From assembly GCA_037379345.1 (NCBI GenBank), contig CM074512.1, positions 59,417,597 through 59,481,596 of the forward strand: DNA of 64,000 bases. Reading direction: 5' to 3'. Shown one piece after another: positions 13,719 to 25,788 of this stretch. The position numbers and the translations under genes were made by a program. The DNA is from Perna viridis. Its lineage: Eukaryota. The notes below the pieces were generated by a model that saw nothing but the letters and a program-made list of their open reading frames with translations, was not told where the DNA came from and made no database searches. Within the stretch, counting starts at the first letter, position 1; each line of letters opens with the position of its first letter.

Positions 13719-15555
13719 TTTTATGGTCCACAATCTCTTCTTTGGAGAGAGTGGTAGCAGTGTAGGTCCTACCACTGCTATTATTTTCTACGTCTACCTC
13801 TGATCATAAACATTGGATATAAAACGTTTTGCAGACAAGAACAATGTTGTTTTGGGCTTTGTTTGCTGGTACGACAACATACTTGTCATGTATAGTAGAC
13901 AATGTTTTTGCTACATCGGGATCTTTGAAAACTGATGTAGCCTTGGCACTCATTGACCTACTTAAAACCTTCATTCGTTTCAAAATTAAAGACATCACTG
14001 CCTTTAACCACTCTGACAGAGAATCAATGTCTTCTTGTTCTCGTTTTACCCATTTTCTTGCATAGTCCTTGACGGCATCCATAAGAACTTTAAAGTTATA
14101 ATTCCAATTTATGGAGCGTGGTTCACGGTACTTGGGACCTTTAGAAAGGATATTACGCAGAGATTCGTTTTCGATAATGGTTAAATCTCCCGTAACGACG
14201 TGACCAGAAGGACCATATTTGAATGGAGAGGTTTTGCAAGAACAGTCATGTGGTTTAGCCTTGAAGTCTTCAATCTCGAGGTTCTGCAATAGCCTTTTTT
14301 AATTGACAATTTTAGATGCGATGGGTGAAGTATAGGAATATGAAATAATTGGTATGGATTTGTCTTTGAAATATGGGGGAATTTTGTTGGTAACGTTTTT
14401 GTGATGGAGGATGTTAGCCAAATTAATTGCATCTATACCTTTGTTGACAAACGGTAGTGGAAGAAATTATCGTTTTTCTTCATCTTGACTTTTCACACAA
14501 ACTGGTTTAAAGAGTCTGTGGAAACCAATATCCAAAATGATGGCAACAAGTCTGTATAATGATGACGTGGGGTCAGAAACAGGAGTGTCAAGACTTGTTT
14601 TTTAAAGGGAGTGTAGTAGAGTGAGAGGTATTGAATAAAGTTTGGTTCTAATGTGATGAAGTCCAAGAGGTTTTTGTATGAAAGGAAGGAGACCATCTAT
14701 GGAGACATCATGTAACTTAGGTGACGTATAGTGGCGATGACCATGACTCCTTTCCCGTCTTGGATTTTTGTCAAATAAATTCATCACATTTATGTTATTG
14801 TTATATTGGCTTGAAAGGTTTTCTATACTTTTGATGTTATCATTGCATCCGTAAGATATTGCAGTACCTAGTCTGCCTATCCAGTACTCCTCTCTTTCCC
14901 TACGATAGTTTTTACTGAGAACGGGACTGTTCGTAGGATGGTAAATTTTTTTTCTAAAATACGAACTTTCTTGTTGATTAAGTGTTGATAAATTGTCGGG
15001 AATTTGGTGGTGTTAATTTCCGAACGATGACCGCACATTCTTTTATTTAATCGTTCTTGCGTTTCTCCGACATATATTAAACCACATAAGTTGCATTCTA
15101 ATCCATATATTAAGTTTGTTGATTTGCAACTTAAGTCATCGTGACTTCTTGTGTGGAAGGTTTTGTTTGTAAGGGAACTGGACAAGTAAGGGTCGGTTAT
15201 AAGAATGTTGCATGTTTTGCAATTTTTAATACCACATTTTGATATGGTACAATGTGGTTCGTCATTGTTGTAGTCAAATATATCGTTTAAAGTGATGGAA
15301 CATGGTTTGATAATTTTAAAATAGTCAGAATTTTTGTACTGGAATAGATGGTCTGCAGACTGAACGTGTGTGGGTACTTTTAGTTGAATTGGTCGAGGCA
15401 CTTTCCATACCAGATTTGAGTGTGCTAAGATTCCCATCTGGGGACACCACATACTTACAAGACAACAGAGTGTCCGATCTGCTGTCAAGTTCGGACCTTT
15501 TTATACTGGGCAACGTCCGAGCCAGGGTTTCTTTCATTCTTCTTGTTAAAACCAT
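13719..15555 (-). pseudogene. Frameshifted Naiad ORF: N-terminal GIY-YIG endonuclease, CxC linker, start of RT
   Basis: Start MVLTRR at 15555; CKSTNLIYGLECNLCGLIYVGETQERLNKRMCGHRS...QH (GIY-YIG with CCHH-type residues); KPHDCSCKTSPFKYGPSGHVVTGDL; KGPKYREP; VVVPANKAQNNIVLVCK. Confidence 0.9.
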
Positions 15556-15574
15556 TAATTTTAAAAATTGTATT

Positions 15575-15636
15575 ACTGGGTTGATGATACCCTCGGGGAG
15601 AAAATCCACCAGCAGAGGTATCGACCCAGTGGTGTT
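15575..15636 (-). ncRNA. Putative structured cis RNA at the 5' start of the Naiad element (function unknown)
   Basis: Sense strand ACUGGGUCGAUACCUCUGCUGGUGGAUUUUCUCCCCGAGGGUAUCAUCAACCCAGU with stems ACUGGGU/ACCCAGU, GAUACC/GGUAUC and GGA/UCC; diverged second copy at 58915-58975. Confidence 0.5.
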
Positions 15637-17779
15637 AAAGAGTAATCAAGGGAACCAAGGTTATAGCGGTAATCAAAAGAATGTAATCCAGGGACAAAGA
15701 CCAGACATGGAAAACAGACATTCACAACAAAGAACACAAAGTAACTAAAATCATACATACAAAGTAATAAAAGTAAATGAGCAACTCGGACTCCACTAAA
15801 AACTGGGAGCATGGACCAGGTGAACCGGTAGGGTGAGCGTCCTCTGCTTTTTTAGAAACACGCGCCGAGTTGCTCATAAAAAGTCAAGTCTGGGGTAGAC
15901 AAACGAGGAAAGGAAAACTATGACCCGTTGAATACATCAGTTTTCATGGTGCTGATGGATACACCAAAACGATCCATGAGTTCATGATGACGACCATAAA
16001 ACTTCTGTAGTGATGACTGGAAACACTGGGATATTGAACTGCTTGGTGGTACCTATGTATAATGAGTTTCTTCATTTGAAAAATCTTACAGTAACTAAGA
16101 CGTTCTAACCATCTGAGTAACAAAAATCGGTGGAGTTTAAAAACGATAATACTGAGAAAGAATCTGAGATATTCCTTTCGTCATAAAATGGCTGATTGAA
16201 GTACAACGTAGAACCCCGAGTCTATTCGTTGCAGTCAAGTAAATAAGTTGTTTCTTTATTTACATTGTATATTGAATTATAACTTTACGTTGTTAAATGC
16301 AATTTATCAAATTTGCCTCTCGATTTTCTTTTGTAGTATTATTGAGCGTAATTTATGTGCGTTTCCCAAACTCGAATCGGTTTACACGCTCCTTGCCAAT
16401 TAATTTCAACGATTTGAGATGACCTTTGTATACGTGATGAATAGAAATTTCGGAAAAACTACTTTCTTAAGATGCAAGGAAGTAATTTCGAATATTAAAA
16501 TGCTGTAAAAAAGCGAGGAGGCAATTTAGTTAATGCAAAACAGCAAATATACAATTCTGGAATTAAAGTAATTGCTGCGGAAGATGCAATATTGTATCTA
16601 CTTTCATTCGGAACGATAATTCAACAATAAACTTGTTTGAGATGAAATCTACACAACAATTGCTTTGACATATCCTGCGTCTAGACCTCAATTATAGATG
16701 AATTATTGTACAGTGATTTCAACGATAAATAAGGGACTTTTAGAAATTCTTCACTTCTGTTCCTTAAAAGTATTGCTAAAAGCAAACTTTTAAGTGGTCT
16801 GTATGTCTTTCTTAAGCAGACAAAATTACCTTCCACAATATTAATGTAGTCTAGAATATTCAGAACAGCGGGTATTTTACTGATCACAGATGATCAGATC
16901 CTTCGAACAAGGTGAAGGTAAACTTTTTGAAATTTTAAGTAATACAGGTAAAAATAAAAAGTTGGATAAATGAGATCAAAGTAATTAAGAACAAAGGATT
17001 CATAATTAGAGCCTGTGTTAAGTGACTTTTGAAATATGACTACTCTTAAATAAACCGTGGATATTTTTCAGGATATTTTTTTTTCTGAACTTTTGAATAC
17101 ATGAAGTAGCCATCGAGTGTGATTTTTGTTTCATTTTCACAGATTTTTTATACTCTGAATACATGAGAGTAGTAATTTTGTATGATAATATTATTCTGTT
17201 TTTATTTGAATATTTATATGATGGTAGACTCGTATTTTTTTTTTTCATTTGTTCAGAAATTCCAATAGTGTGATCTTGGTAAAGTACTGTTTTTTTATAG
17301 TGACAAGGTCTTGTATTTTGTTTTTCCCTAGGCGTTTCTAGTTCTACCTTGCTGAATTCGCACTTGTTTAAATTCATTTTCCCCGTTTTTTTCCTCTTTT
17401 TTCTGGCATAAGCCACTCAATTATCTTGAAAGGAGTAAATTGTTTTGGGCTTCAAAAGAACAAAAATATTGTTCATATGTTTATTGTTTATTATTAAGCA
17501 TCATACAGCATGAAAATAACAATATACAAAACATCTTGAACACAAAAATATCAAACATTATCAGCACTATACATTGACACAAAATTTTAATACAATGTTT
17601 ATCCAAGTTTCAACAGGTGGGAGACTGCGTCAGTGTAGTGGTACACCTCGATCTGCCCTTGTTGAAGTATGTCTTTCAGCTGAATGAGTCGGTTGTCTAT
17701 GGTCCGGTGCTTGAGTTTCCTCGTCTTGTGTTTATTCCCTGCAGCATACTGTATCATGCCGATGAAATGTTAAACATTC

Positions 17780-19620
17780 CAAACAATGAGCCAAACTGGC
17801 GTGAAACGTATGATCCCATTTACATAGACCCATTCATCCAAAATACTAGCACAACGCAAAAATCTGGGACCAAATCCTAATGATTTAACTTCTTTAAATT
17901 ATTTTTTAATGATGAAATGATCCAAAACTTGGTAACTGACAGCAATGAAATTTCAGCGTCAATATGTAAAACAGCAATGGAATGCAATTCCCTGGCATCT
18001 ATTGTTGATGTTATTTAGTCTTTTATAGACAAAAAGAAACTGCCCCTTTCTACAGTCTTCACCCTTGAAAAACTTGACATAACAAACATTGAAAGTCTAC
18101 AGATTTGTCAATAAAAAGGAAAAGAAAAATTATCTTACCGTGTAAAAAATGAGACAATATGTCACAATAAACTTAATTGTGAATCACAACATCATATATT
18201 ATTTTAATCCTACAGAATAAGGTCCATTCACCAAATATTTTCTATAAACAAATGCGTCCGAGAAGTCAAGAACGCTTAAGCGACTTCGGAAAATTGGGTC
18301 AGGCGGTGGGCATCTGCTAGAGTTGTAAAATTGAAGTAAACGAAAAAAAAGTTAACTTCTGCATCTGGTGTAATTTTAATTAAGTAGAATATGTCTGCAT
18401 ATATCAACAGAAAAAACTATGCTCGGTTCGTCACTTTTATAACCATTTTCAAGTCTGCATAAAAAAAACTTTACAAACGTTTACGGATACTGTCAGCAAA
18501 AAATAATATATACCCGTGCGATTATTTTTAGACCTTTCACAACAAACATAAATATTCGGTACAAAATTACATTAAAAAAACTCCCATTAGATAGTTTTTA
18601 ATCATCACTATTCTACTTGACAAATGCGCACCACGAATCCAGAACGTGTTTGGTGACGTTAGAAAATTGAGTCAAACGGCGGGCACCTGCTAGATTTTTG
18701 AAAAATAAATAAATTCATTTTCATTATTTTCATTATTTTGTGTAAAAAATAATCAGTACATTTCTTTGTTTTTTTATTTTTTAAAAGATTTTAACGATGG
18801 GCGATTACATGTTTTCAAGCAAATATAATTGATTAACGTGCACGTATATCTCCAATCTATTTAGAATTAAATTCCGTTTTAATGACGCTGATCTTTTGTT
18901 GCAGGAATTCAAATACTTATGGGCATTATCAGGGTACCAGATTACTCCTCTTACTGGTCAGAATTTAAATACATAGGCAACCAAGGTTACAAAGAGATTA
19001 TGCCCGTTAAGCGTTACGAAAAGCTCAATCAGTATATTTATGCAAATAATTCCGAAACTGATGTGCCACATGACTAACCAGGTCATGACAAACTCCATAA
19101 GATTAGACCTCTTATTGATACTTCAGGTCGAAATTTCTCCGAGCAATATAATTTCAAACAAAAACCAATCAATTGATGAGGCTATGGTAGCGTACAGAGG
19201 TAAATATAGCGCAAAACAGTATATACCATCTAAGCCTACTAAATCTGGATGCGATACGACAGTAAGACCGGTTACTACCTTCATTATGATATATACATGG
19301 GAAAAGAAACTGGATAATAATGGTAAAGGACTTGGGCATCGTGTTGTCTCGAGAACTTGACCCAAGATTTACATAAGAGAAACAACCACGTCTACTTTGA
19401 CAGATGTTTTACATTTGTTGCATTAATACAGGATTTCTTGATTAATGGTGTATATGCCTGTAGTAGAGTTCGTCAAAACAGGAAAGAATTTCAACAGGAT
19501 CTAAAATCTGGGAATATACCAAGGCTACAATCTGGAAAATTTATTAGTTGACAAACAGATATCTGGTATCTGTCGTCCGGGTGGACAATAGAGCTGTTTC
19601 AGTCTTAGCATCAAAAGATT
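17780..19620 (+). pseudogene. piggyBac-family (PGBD-like) transposase relic, interrupted by about 0.9 kb
   Basis: FFKLFFNDEMIQNLVTDSN (about 17890-17945); GIQILMGIIRVPDYSSYWS...MPVKRYEKLNQYIYAN (from 18905); DKLHKIRPLID; SIDEAMVAYRGKYSAKQYIPSKPTK; HVYFDRCFT...VRQNRK; DNRAVSVLAS. Confidence 0.85.
18248..18704 (+). repeat. Two diverged direct repeats of about 85 bp, about 370 bp apart, inside the piggyBac interruption
   Basis: ACAAATGCG...AGAACG...GAAAATTG(G/A)GTCA...GGGCA(T/C)CTGCTAGA at about 18248 and about 18620. Confidence 0.6.
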
Positions 19621-20064
19621 CTTTAAAAGAGGTACCTAGATAATATAAATGATCATAATATCGCTCTGTTTAAAGACATTGTTTCTACAGTTTTATCTTG
19701 GTAAATAAATCATCTGCGATAAGCATGAATCATCGGAACATAACAGAACAAAAGGTTTATCGATACTGTGGTCCCACGATTAAAGTAGTTATTCAACTTG
19801 TAAAGAAGTCATGCCAACTTTGTATAAGGAGTCAAGAAACAGCATTTAGAAAATATCACGTTTTGTATAAGGCTTCCTGAATTACTTTTCTGATGTTCTG
19901 TATATGGTCACTATTTTTTTACGTTACAGCACGTAGCTAGGAATAGTCAGTACTTTTTAATTTTTCAATATACACTCATATAGTATGATTTCACGACCAG
20001 TGAATTAATTTTAATTATTTTGCTATTCGTATTTTAATGTGAAGCAATGGTATGATTCACCTAT

Positions 20065-20258
20065 TAGGCGCGTAGTTGCCGTTAGGCAAAAAAGCTTTTG
20101 CCTGCACTTATTTATTTTTTTTAAGATAAAATACATCCAGGAGAGGCATAAATGATGCTCTAAAACGCTATCTCCGCGGAGCTTCGGGGGGCTTCGCTCC
20201 CCTGGACCCCCTGTCGTAATTTTGCCTACACTTTAATTTGGCCTCAGCAACGCGCCTG
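20065..20258. mobile_element. MITE with imperfect TIRs and 5-bp TSD CCTAT
   Basis: Left end TAGGCGCGTAGTTGC, right end GCAACGCGCCTG; CCTAT at 20060-64 and 20259-63; a related right end lies at about 60900-60977. Confidence 0.6.
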
Positions 20259-21659
20259 CCTATAGTCCTCCTAGGGATGTAATATTATCGATGTTCGAAG
20301 TATTGAAAGTATACATCCATATAATTTGAATGGGAATATAAGTTGTACTAAATCTGCTAGACAGAAAAGAAATGTTTTAATTTCGCAGGCTCAATATTCT
20401 GTCGGTTCTTGTATCATCATCATGTTATAGTTTTGATAATTGTGGATAAGAAAACGTCAGTTGGGTTCAAATAGACGTCACAAATAATCATTAGCTTTTA
20501 CGATATATTTTCTTCGAATATCATGACTAGCTAAACAAATCAGAAATCATTGTGTGCATGATTATTTCAAGGTTCATTTGAGTTATGTTCGAAGATTTAT
20601 ATTTATTTGTATTCAATATTAAAAGAATGAGAATCATTGCATAGGAATGGGAATGGAACTTGTACTCTAAGACAGAAAACAAAAATTGTTTCATGTTCGT
20701 AAACTTAAAGTTAGGATTATATCTAACATTATCCTGTACCCAAACAGCATACATTTTCACTTTTGCTTGCACAAATTTGTCAAAAATCAAATTTTGACTC
20801 AACCAATACGAAAATTAAAACCTACTTTTAAGTCGCTAATATTGTTAGCAACTTCTTGCACTCGTAATTTCGTATTTTACATTCGCATATGCTTTGCTTA
20901 ATTATATATTACTATTCCACTGGATGTTGAAAGCAAACCAAAATCAGTGGCATAGAATATTTGACGATTAGCGACTTTGAAGACTTCTGTCTTTGTTTTA
21001 CATTTTAGCATTTCAGTATTAGTATTTAATACAAATATTCAACCAATGTAGTTTTGTACATTTTATTGTCAACCCAGCTACTACCTGAGTTGATGGTGAA
21101 TCAAATCTTGTTTTATTTATTTCAAATGAAATGTAAATGTCCCGCATGACAAAAGATGTTTACGTTATAATAATTAGAAACACATCTAATCTATCAAAAC
21201 GTCTTTAAATAATAATAAAGTTGTCAATCATTTTTTTTTACATTGTACATGATTGAAATTTGCATGCGCAGATTAAATATGCCTCAAGTGAATAAATTAC
21301 ATGTTGAAATGTTTTATTACTTTTACCCGCAACAAGAGGTTAATTATAAACAATTAGGTACATTTTCAAGATAAACATTGTGATTGTGATATTGCATTTT
21401 ATATGAAGGATACAATACTCAGAAACAACATCAAAATTTTAAGAAAATAATCTGACGGTCATGAAAGTAATGTTACCACTGGACAGAATATATGAACTTG
21501 TCACATTCCTGTAACAGTTACGATTCAGAAACTGTTTGCAAATACTTTACGATAATATTATCCCTGCGGTGAAAAACAATTTTCTCTGTCATGGTATTCG
21601 ACAATGTACATTCTACATAACCCTTTTGTTGTGAGTAAGAGCACGACCATAAGAACGAT

Positions 21660-21689
21660 ATGGCATGGACTAATCGTTATCATGAAAAG
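21660..21689 (+). CDS. Type II mucin-like gene, candidate first coding exon (MAWTNRYHEK)
   Basis: ATG at 21660 and donor AAG|GTAGG, phase 0, in frame with the next exon. That exon's acceptor is a weaker AAG. Confidence 0.5.
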
Positions 21690-22068
21690 GTAGGAAAACA
21701 TTTTAATGGTAATGATAAGAATTATTTATTGAGAAAGTTACTGCACAAAAACTACTATCCAGGGAATGTGTCTGTTAGATCAATTCAAATTATTTTTTAA
21801 ACTCAAGGTTGTATATAGTAAATTCATGGGTACAAAAACATGAAAGTAAATATAAAAGTAAAAATATAACAATTCTTATTCGCTAAAAAATATTTTGTAT
21901 AATTTTAGTGAATAAGCACATTCGTTATATTTTGTTCTTTATCAACTCGAAATGATGGAATAGTTTTTAATGGATAAAACAATTCGATTTTATTTAATTT
22001 TAAAAATAATACATGTATATATACAACATCAATAAATGATTTGCACTGGATATTTTTATCTGTTTAAG

Positions 22069-22366
22069 TGGCCCCGTCTGACTGCTCTTTATCATATTGA
22101 GCAAGATAAAGCCAAAACTGAAAAGCAAGACATATGTCGTGGTGGACCTACCATTGGAGAAGATGTTCCGGAAAATTCAGGATTTTATAACTATTATGTG
22201 CACCCAGATGACATAAGATCAAGATGTAGTGCTTACTCTATGAGCCAACCATCTGTAGACCATGATAATAATAAGGAAACAACATTGTGTGGGATATGTC
22301 TCGGAACAATGCTTATCTTTAGTTTTGCTGCTGTTATATCTGTAGCAGTTGTGCTATCGATCATAT
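22069..22366 (+). CDS. Type II mucin-like gene, exon with cytoplasmic region and TM helix
   Basis: Open frame ending LCGICLGTMLIFSFAAVISVAVVLSII; donor T|GTAAGC at 22367 (phase 1). Confidence 0.8.
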
Positions 22367-22679
22367 GTAAGCTCGATGAACCTTGTAGTTTTAGTTTTGG
22401 GTTATACTGACAAAATGTTTCATTCACTAAAACTTTTAAAGCTAGAAATAATAATATTTGTATTACTTAAATTCAAACAGTCATAACAAGAATTCTTTAT
22501 GACAATAGAATGTACATAGAAAACACTGGATTGCTTCTTTTTTAAATGATATGTCCATCATACAAATAAAGATATTTTCTACGGTTTACGCAAATGTTTT
22601 ATTTCCATAATTAAGTTGAGTAAAAGTGTCTCTTTCTACATATATTTTTAATTTTATTAAACCAATTTTTCTTTTTTAG

Positions 22680-22712
22680 GGACTGAGCCGAATGCTTTAG
22701 CACATTTTAAAA
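22680..22712 (+). CDS. Type II mucin-like gene, 33-bp exon (WTEPNALAHFK)
   Basis: TTTTCTTTTTTAG acceptor and GTAAGC donor, phase 1 to 1, open. Confidence 0.75.
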
Positions 22713-23184
22713 GTAAGCTTTTGCATGAATAGTAACATTCACACCAATCATATTATGTATCAATTTATATTAGACTGGAACAGTACATTTTGCATGGGTT
22801 TTTTTATGACCACCTACAGCGATTACTAAACATAATGCAGAACCAATATCAGTGTCGCGTAATATTTTCTTTAGTCAGCTTACATTCATGACGATTCCCA
22901 TAGCATCACATGCGAAATATGTTATGTGATATTATGTGGTAATTGTATAGATTTCTTTTTGCATGTGACAATTGCTAGAGACAATCAAAATGCGTATGTA
23001 CTATCATTTAGGATATGCGTGGTTTTACTTTATCCATGCATTTTTAAATAAGAAAATATAAGTGACAAATGTTTAATGCTTAAAGTTCTGCTGATAACAT
23101 TCATGAAATTTCCGTGTTAACTTGATATTTACTAATTACAATTACAATATTATTGAAAGTAAGTTAATAACTCAATCACATCAG

Positions 23185-23256
23185 CTGTTCAAATACAAAT
23201 GTTCAACTCTATCGTTACAAAACAAACAAACGGAAGTCGAATTCAACAATACAAAG
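23185..23256 (+). CDS. Possible optional 72-bp exon (TVQIQMFNSIVTKQTNGSRIQQYK)
   Basis: CAG acceptor and G|GTTCTG donor, symmetric phase 1, open; both splice sites are weak. Confidence 0.35.
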
Positions 23257-24143
23257 GTTCTGTCAGATTTGAATGTATTACCCCTTTTTTATACATCAAC
23301 ATATAAATTTAGCTGAACTAAATCCATCTGTGGCTATATTATGATATTGTGTTAAGTGTTCTTGTTGACTTAACTAATAGTGGTTCACCGATCATGTTCC
23401 AGACTGAGAAAGTGATAAAAATGTCTTCTGTTTTAACTACGGTTTACTAGTTTTTGTCATGATTTATATAAAAGTTATCATTTATGTGTGTTATGAGTGA
23501 TGTTGATGTCAGATCGTAACTTTACATGACCTACCAAGACCTTATGTGTTGATATTTTTGACACATAATTATTACTCTTATACCATTCATTATTCTGAAT
23601 AACAATGTCATAATGTTCATACATTACATATGTTTGAACATATACATCTTTTCCTTTCACTTTGTTTTGAGTCCAAGAAATGTTTATCTCGAACAATCCT
23701 TTAATTGTCACATTATTAATTTTCTACCAACACTAACAAGAAATAAGTTTAACTAGAAATAATCTTTTATGACTTGCTTTCAAAAGATGTATGATAAATG
23801 GAAATTTTATTCATTTTCAAAACTATATAAGAGTCAGTTTGTTTAAAGAGACTAATACCAAAAACTAGCACACAACAAATACAGATGAAACAAGTTACAA
23901 ATTCATGTATACTAAACAAGTTAAACAATCAGCAACTTATACTATACAAATAATGATGAATGGTATTCTTATCTTGAATGCCTATGATTTGTTAATTTAT
24001 TGCAAAAAAAGGAAAGTAAAAGCAACCGACGAATTCATACAAAATTACATTTCAATGACATATATGCAATAAAGTAATTCATATGAATAATAAATATTGT
24101 CAGCATTTTGTAGTTTTACTACAATTTATTTATTATTTTTCAG

Positions 24144-24211
24144 AAAACAAAACATCTCTGATAGTCCCAGATAAAACACAAATGGAAATTTCAAAAGAAA
24201 TATGCAGACTG
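24144..24211 (+). CDS. Type II mucin-like gene, exon (NKTSLIVPDKTQMEISKEICRL)
   Basis: TTATTTTTCAG acceptor and CTG|GTAATT donor, phase 1 to 0, open. Confidence 0.75.
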
Positions 24212-25708
24212 GTAATTGTTATTAGTAACAACTCATCTTAGTGAAATTCATATCTTATACAACTGAAATGCAAATGATAAGGAGCGATTTAAAACAAGAT
24301 ACAGTGTAATAAATGTTAATTCCGTTATCCAAGCAAGTCCTAATATTAAATACCTTTCCAAATTAACAAAGAAGTAAAATTAAGTACCAAAGAACGAAGC
24401 AAAACTTGTTTTATGTTTGATGCAATAATAATTTCTTCTTGGAAAAAAATAGTCCATTATCTTTGAAACTTGTCATGTAATTCTACTGGTATACAGAATG
24501 ATATAAATTTTGAACAAATATGTGAAGTTGCATGACATATATTCTAGCTATGATAAAACTATGGTTTGTTTCTACACTGTTAATATTATGATGTGTAAAC
24601 GTTGGAAATATATGATTGATACGGTTGGTCATAGTTAAACCACCTCTGGCATATGTAAACGCTTGCAATACTATGATTAAGTCAAACCATCATTGACATA
24701 TATGTGTATACGCTGGCAATATCTTGTTTGGCAAATCTCAGTTAAGACATCTTTGTTTTGTGTAAACGCTGGCTAAACCATGATTTATATGTTAAATCAT
24801 ACTTTTGACATCGGTAAAAGATTGTGATTGTAAATCTTAAACTGTGAACGCTAGTAGCACTATGACAGACACATGTAATAATTTGATTGTATACGTGCTC
24901 GCTGGTAACATTCTCACATGCAACTATTAAAGCTTGTGAATAAGTTGTTAATAGGCGTAAAAACTGTTCCATAACATATGTATCCGCTGGTGATATCATT
25001 GTTTATTTTATGTATTTCGGAATATTTGTTATTGTATATTGTTGTTATGCCAAGCCTTATATTTATTTAGGCTGCTTTCCTAACGGGTTTTATCATTTAT
25101 ATTGCAAAATATTATACTTCATACAAAAATCTTGAATTCTGATTGGTTAATGGGTGATGAGTTATTTTAGTCTATTCCCTGCACATCCTTACTTGCCCCG
25201 CCCCAACTGAACAGTGATTGGTGGATCAATATATCAACCCCGACGGCAACGATATATCACCCTCGACGTCACGATATATCACACTCTCGTATTCAGTATA
25301 ATATAACACATACTGCCTGTAGTAGACGGTGTTACACCCGATTGCAGAAGAACGCCTTGATTTAATGAGTGTGTGGAACTAGTTCCGCGCACGAGTTAAA
25401 TCTTAATGCGTTCTTCGTGATTATATTTTGGTTATTTTTACGATAACCGATTGATTATCCAATTTATTATATAGATTTGCTCTCTTTTATGTAGCTATTG
25501 TCCACAAAATTCAAATGTAAACGGCGGATTGATATGCATGTTGTGATGCATTGTTAAGTTTTGGCGAAAGTGAAATTACCGAGTCTATTTTACAGTGTGA
25601 ATTAGCGAAAACATGTTCAGGGAACATTTGGTAAATCATAATTATCTATATATATAATATATATCTATATATCTATATGCAATGATGTTTTTTTTTTCTC
25701 GTTTTCAG

Positions 25709-25788
25709 ATTGAAACTACTTTACATCGAATAAATTTAACTGCGTCTGATGATATTACAAACAGCTGCAATATTTCATTTACAGCAAA
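25709..25788 (+). CDS. Type II mucin-like gene, exon (IETTLHRINLTASDDITNSCNISFTA)
   Basis: Long polypyrimidine tract plus CAG; donor AA|GTAAGT; phase 0 to 2, matching the next exon. Confidence 0.8.

Larger units (their letters stand above)
13627..16018 (-). mobile_element. Naiad PLE family A with upstream pseudo-LTR (15637-16018), preserved 5' end, GIY-YIG and CxC linker, internal RT deletion and terminal about 90 bp (13627-13717)
   Basis: The 3'-end sequence is directly repeated at 13627-13717 and 15637-15727, giving the head-to-tail partial tandem typical of PLEs; protein motifs as in the next feature. Confidence 0.92.

Noticed and set aside
4900-15330. Selenocysteine-recoded Naiad ORF, as reported for some clam and spider Naiads
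   Set aside because: Conserved Cys positions use TGT/TGC in the best copy. The in-frame TGAs I checked (about 4930, about 37853) are not at Cys positions, and no SECIS-like AUGA/AA/GA hairpin was recognised.
15575-15630. Canonical hammerhead or HDV-like ribozyme
   Set aside because: The hammerhead-like core is antisense, has C3U and a poor stem III, and GAAA is absent from the 58915 copy. There is too little sequence between the stems for the HDV P3/P1 elements. Other CTGATGA hits (about 8168, 25746, 51227, 63828) lack stem II plus GAAA.
17018-17416. 132-aa Lys-rich ORF
   Set aside because: Low-complexity A-tract sequence with no motifs or splice support.
24590-24995. CRISPR-like array
   Set aside because: The repeats are only about 12 bp, degenerate and irregularly spaced; the context is a eukaryotic intron with no cas genes.
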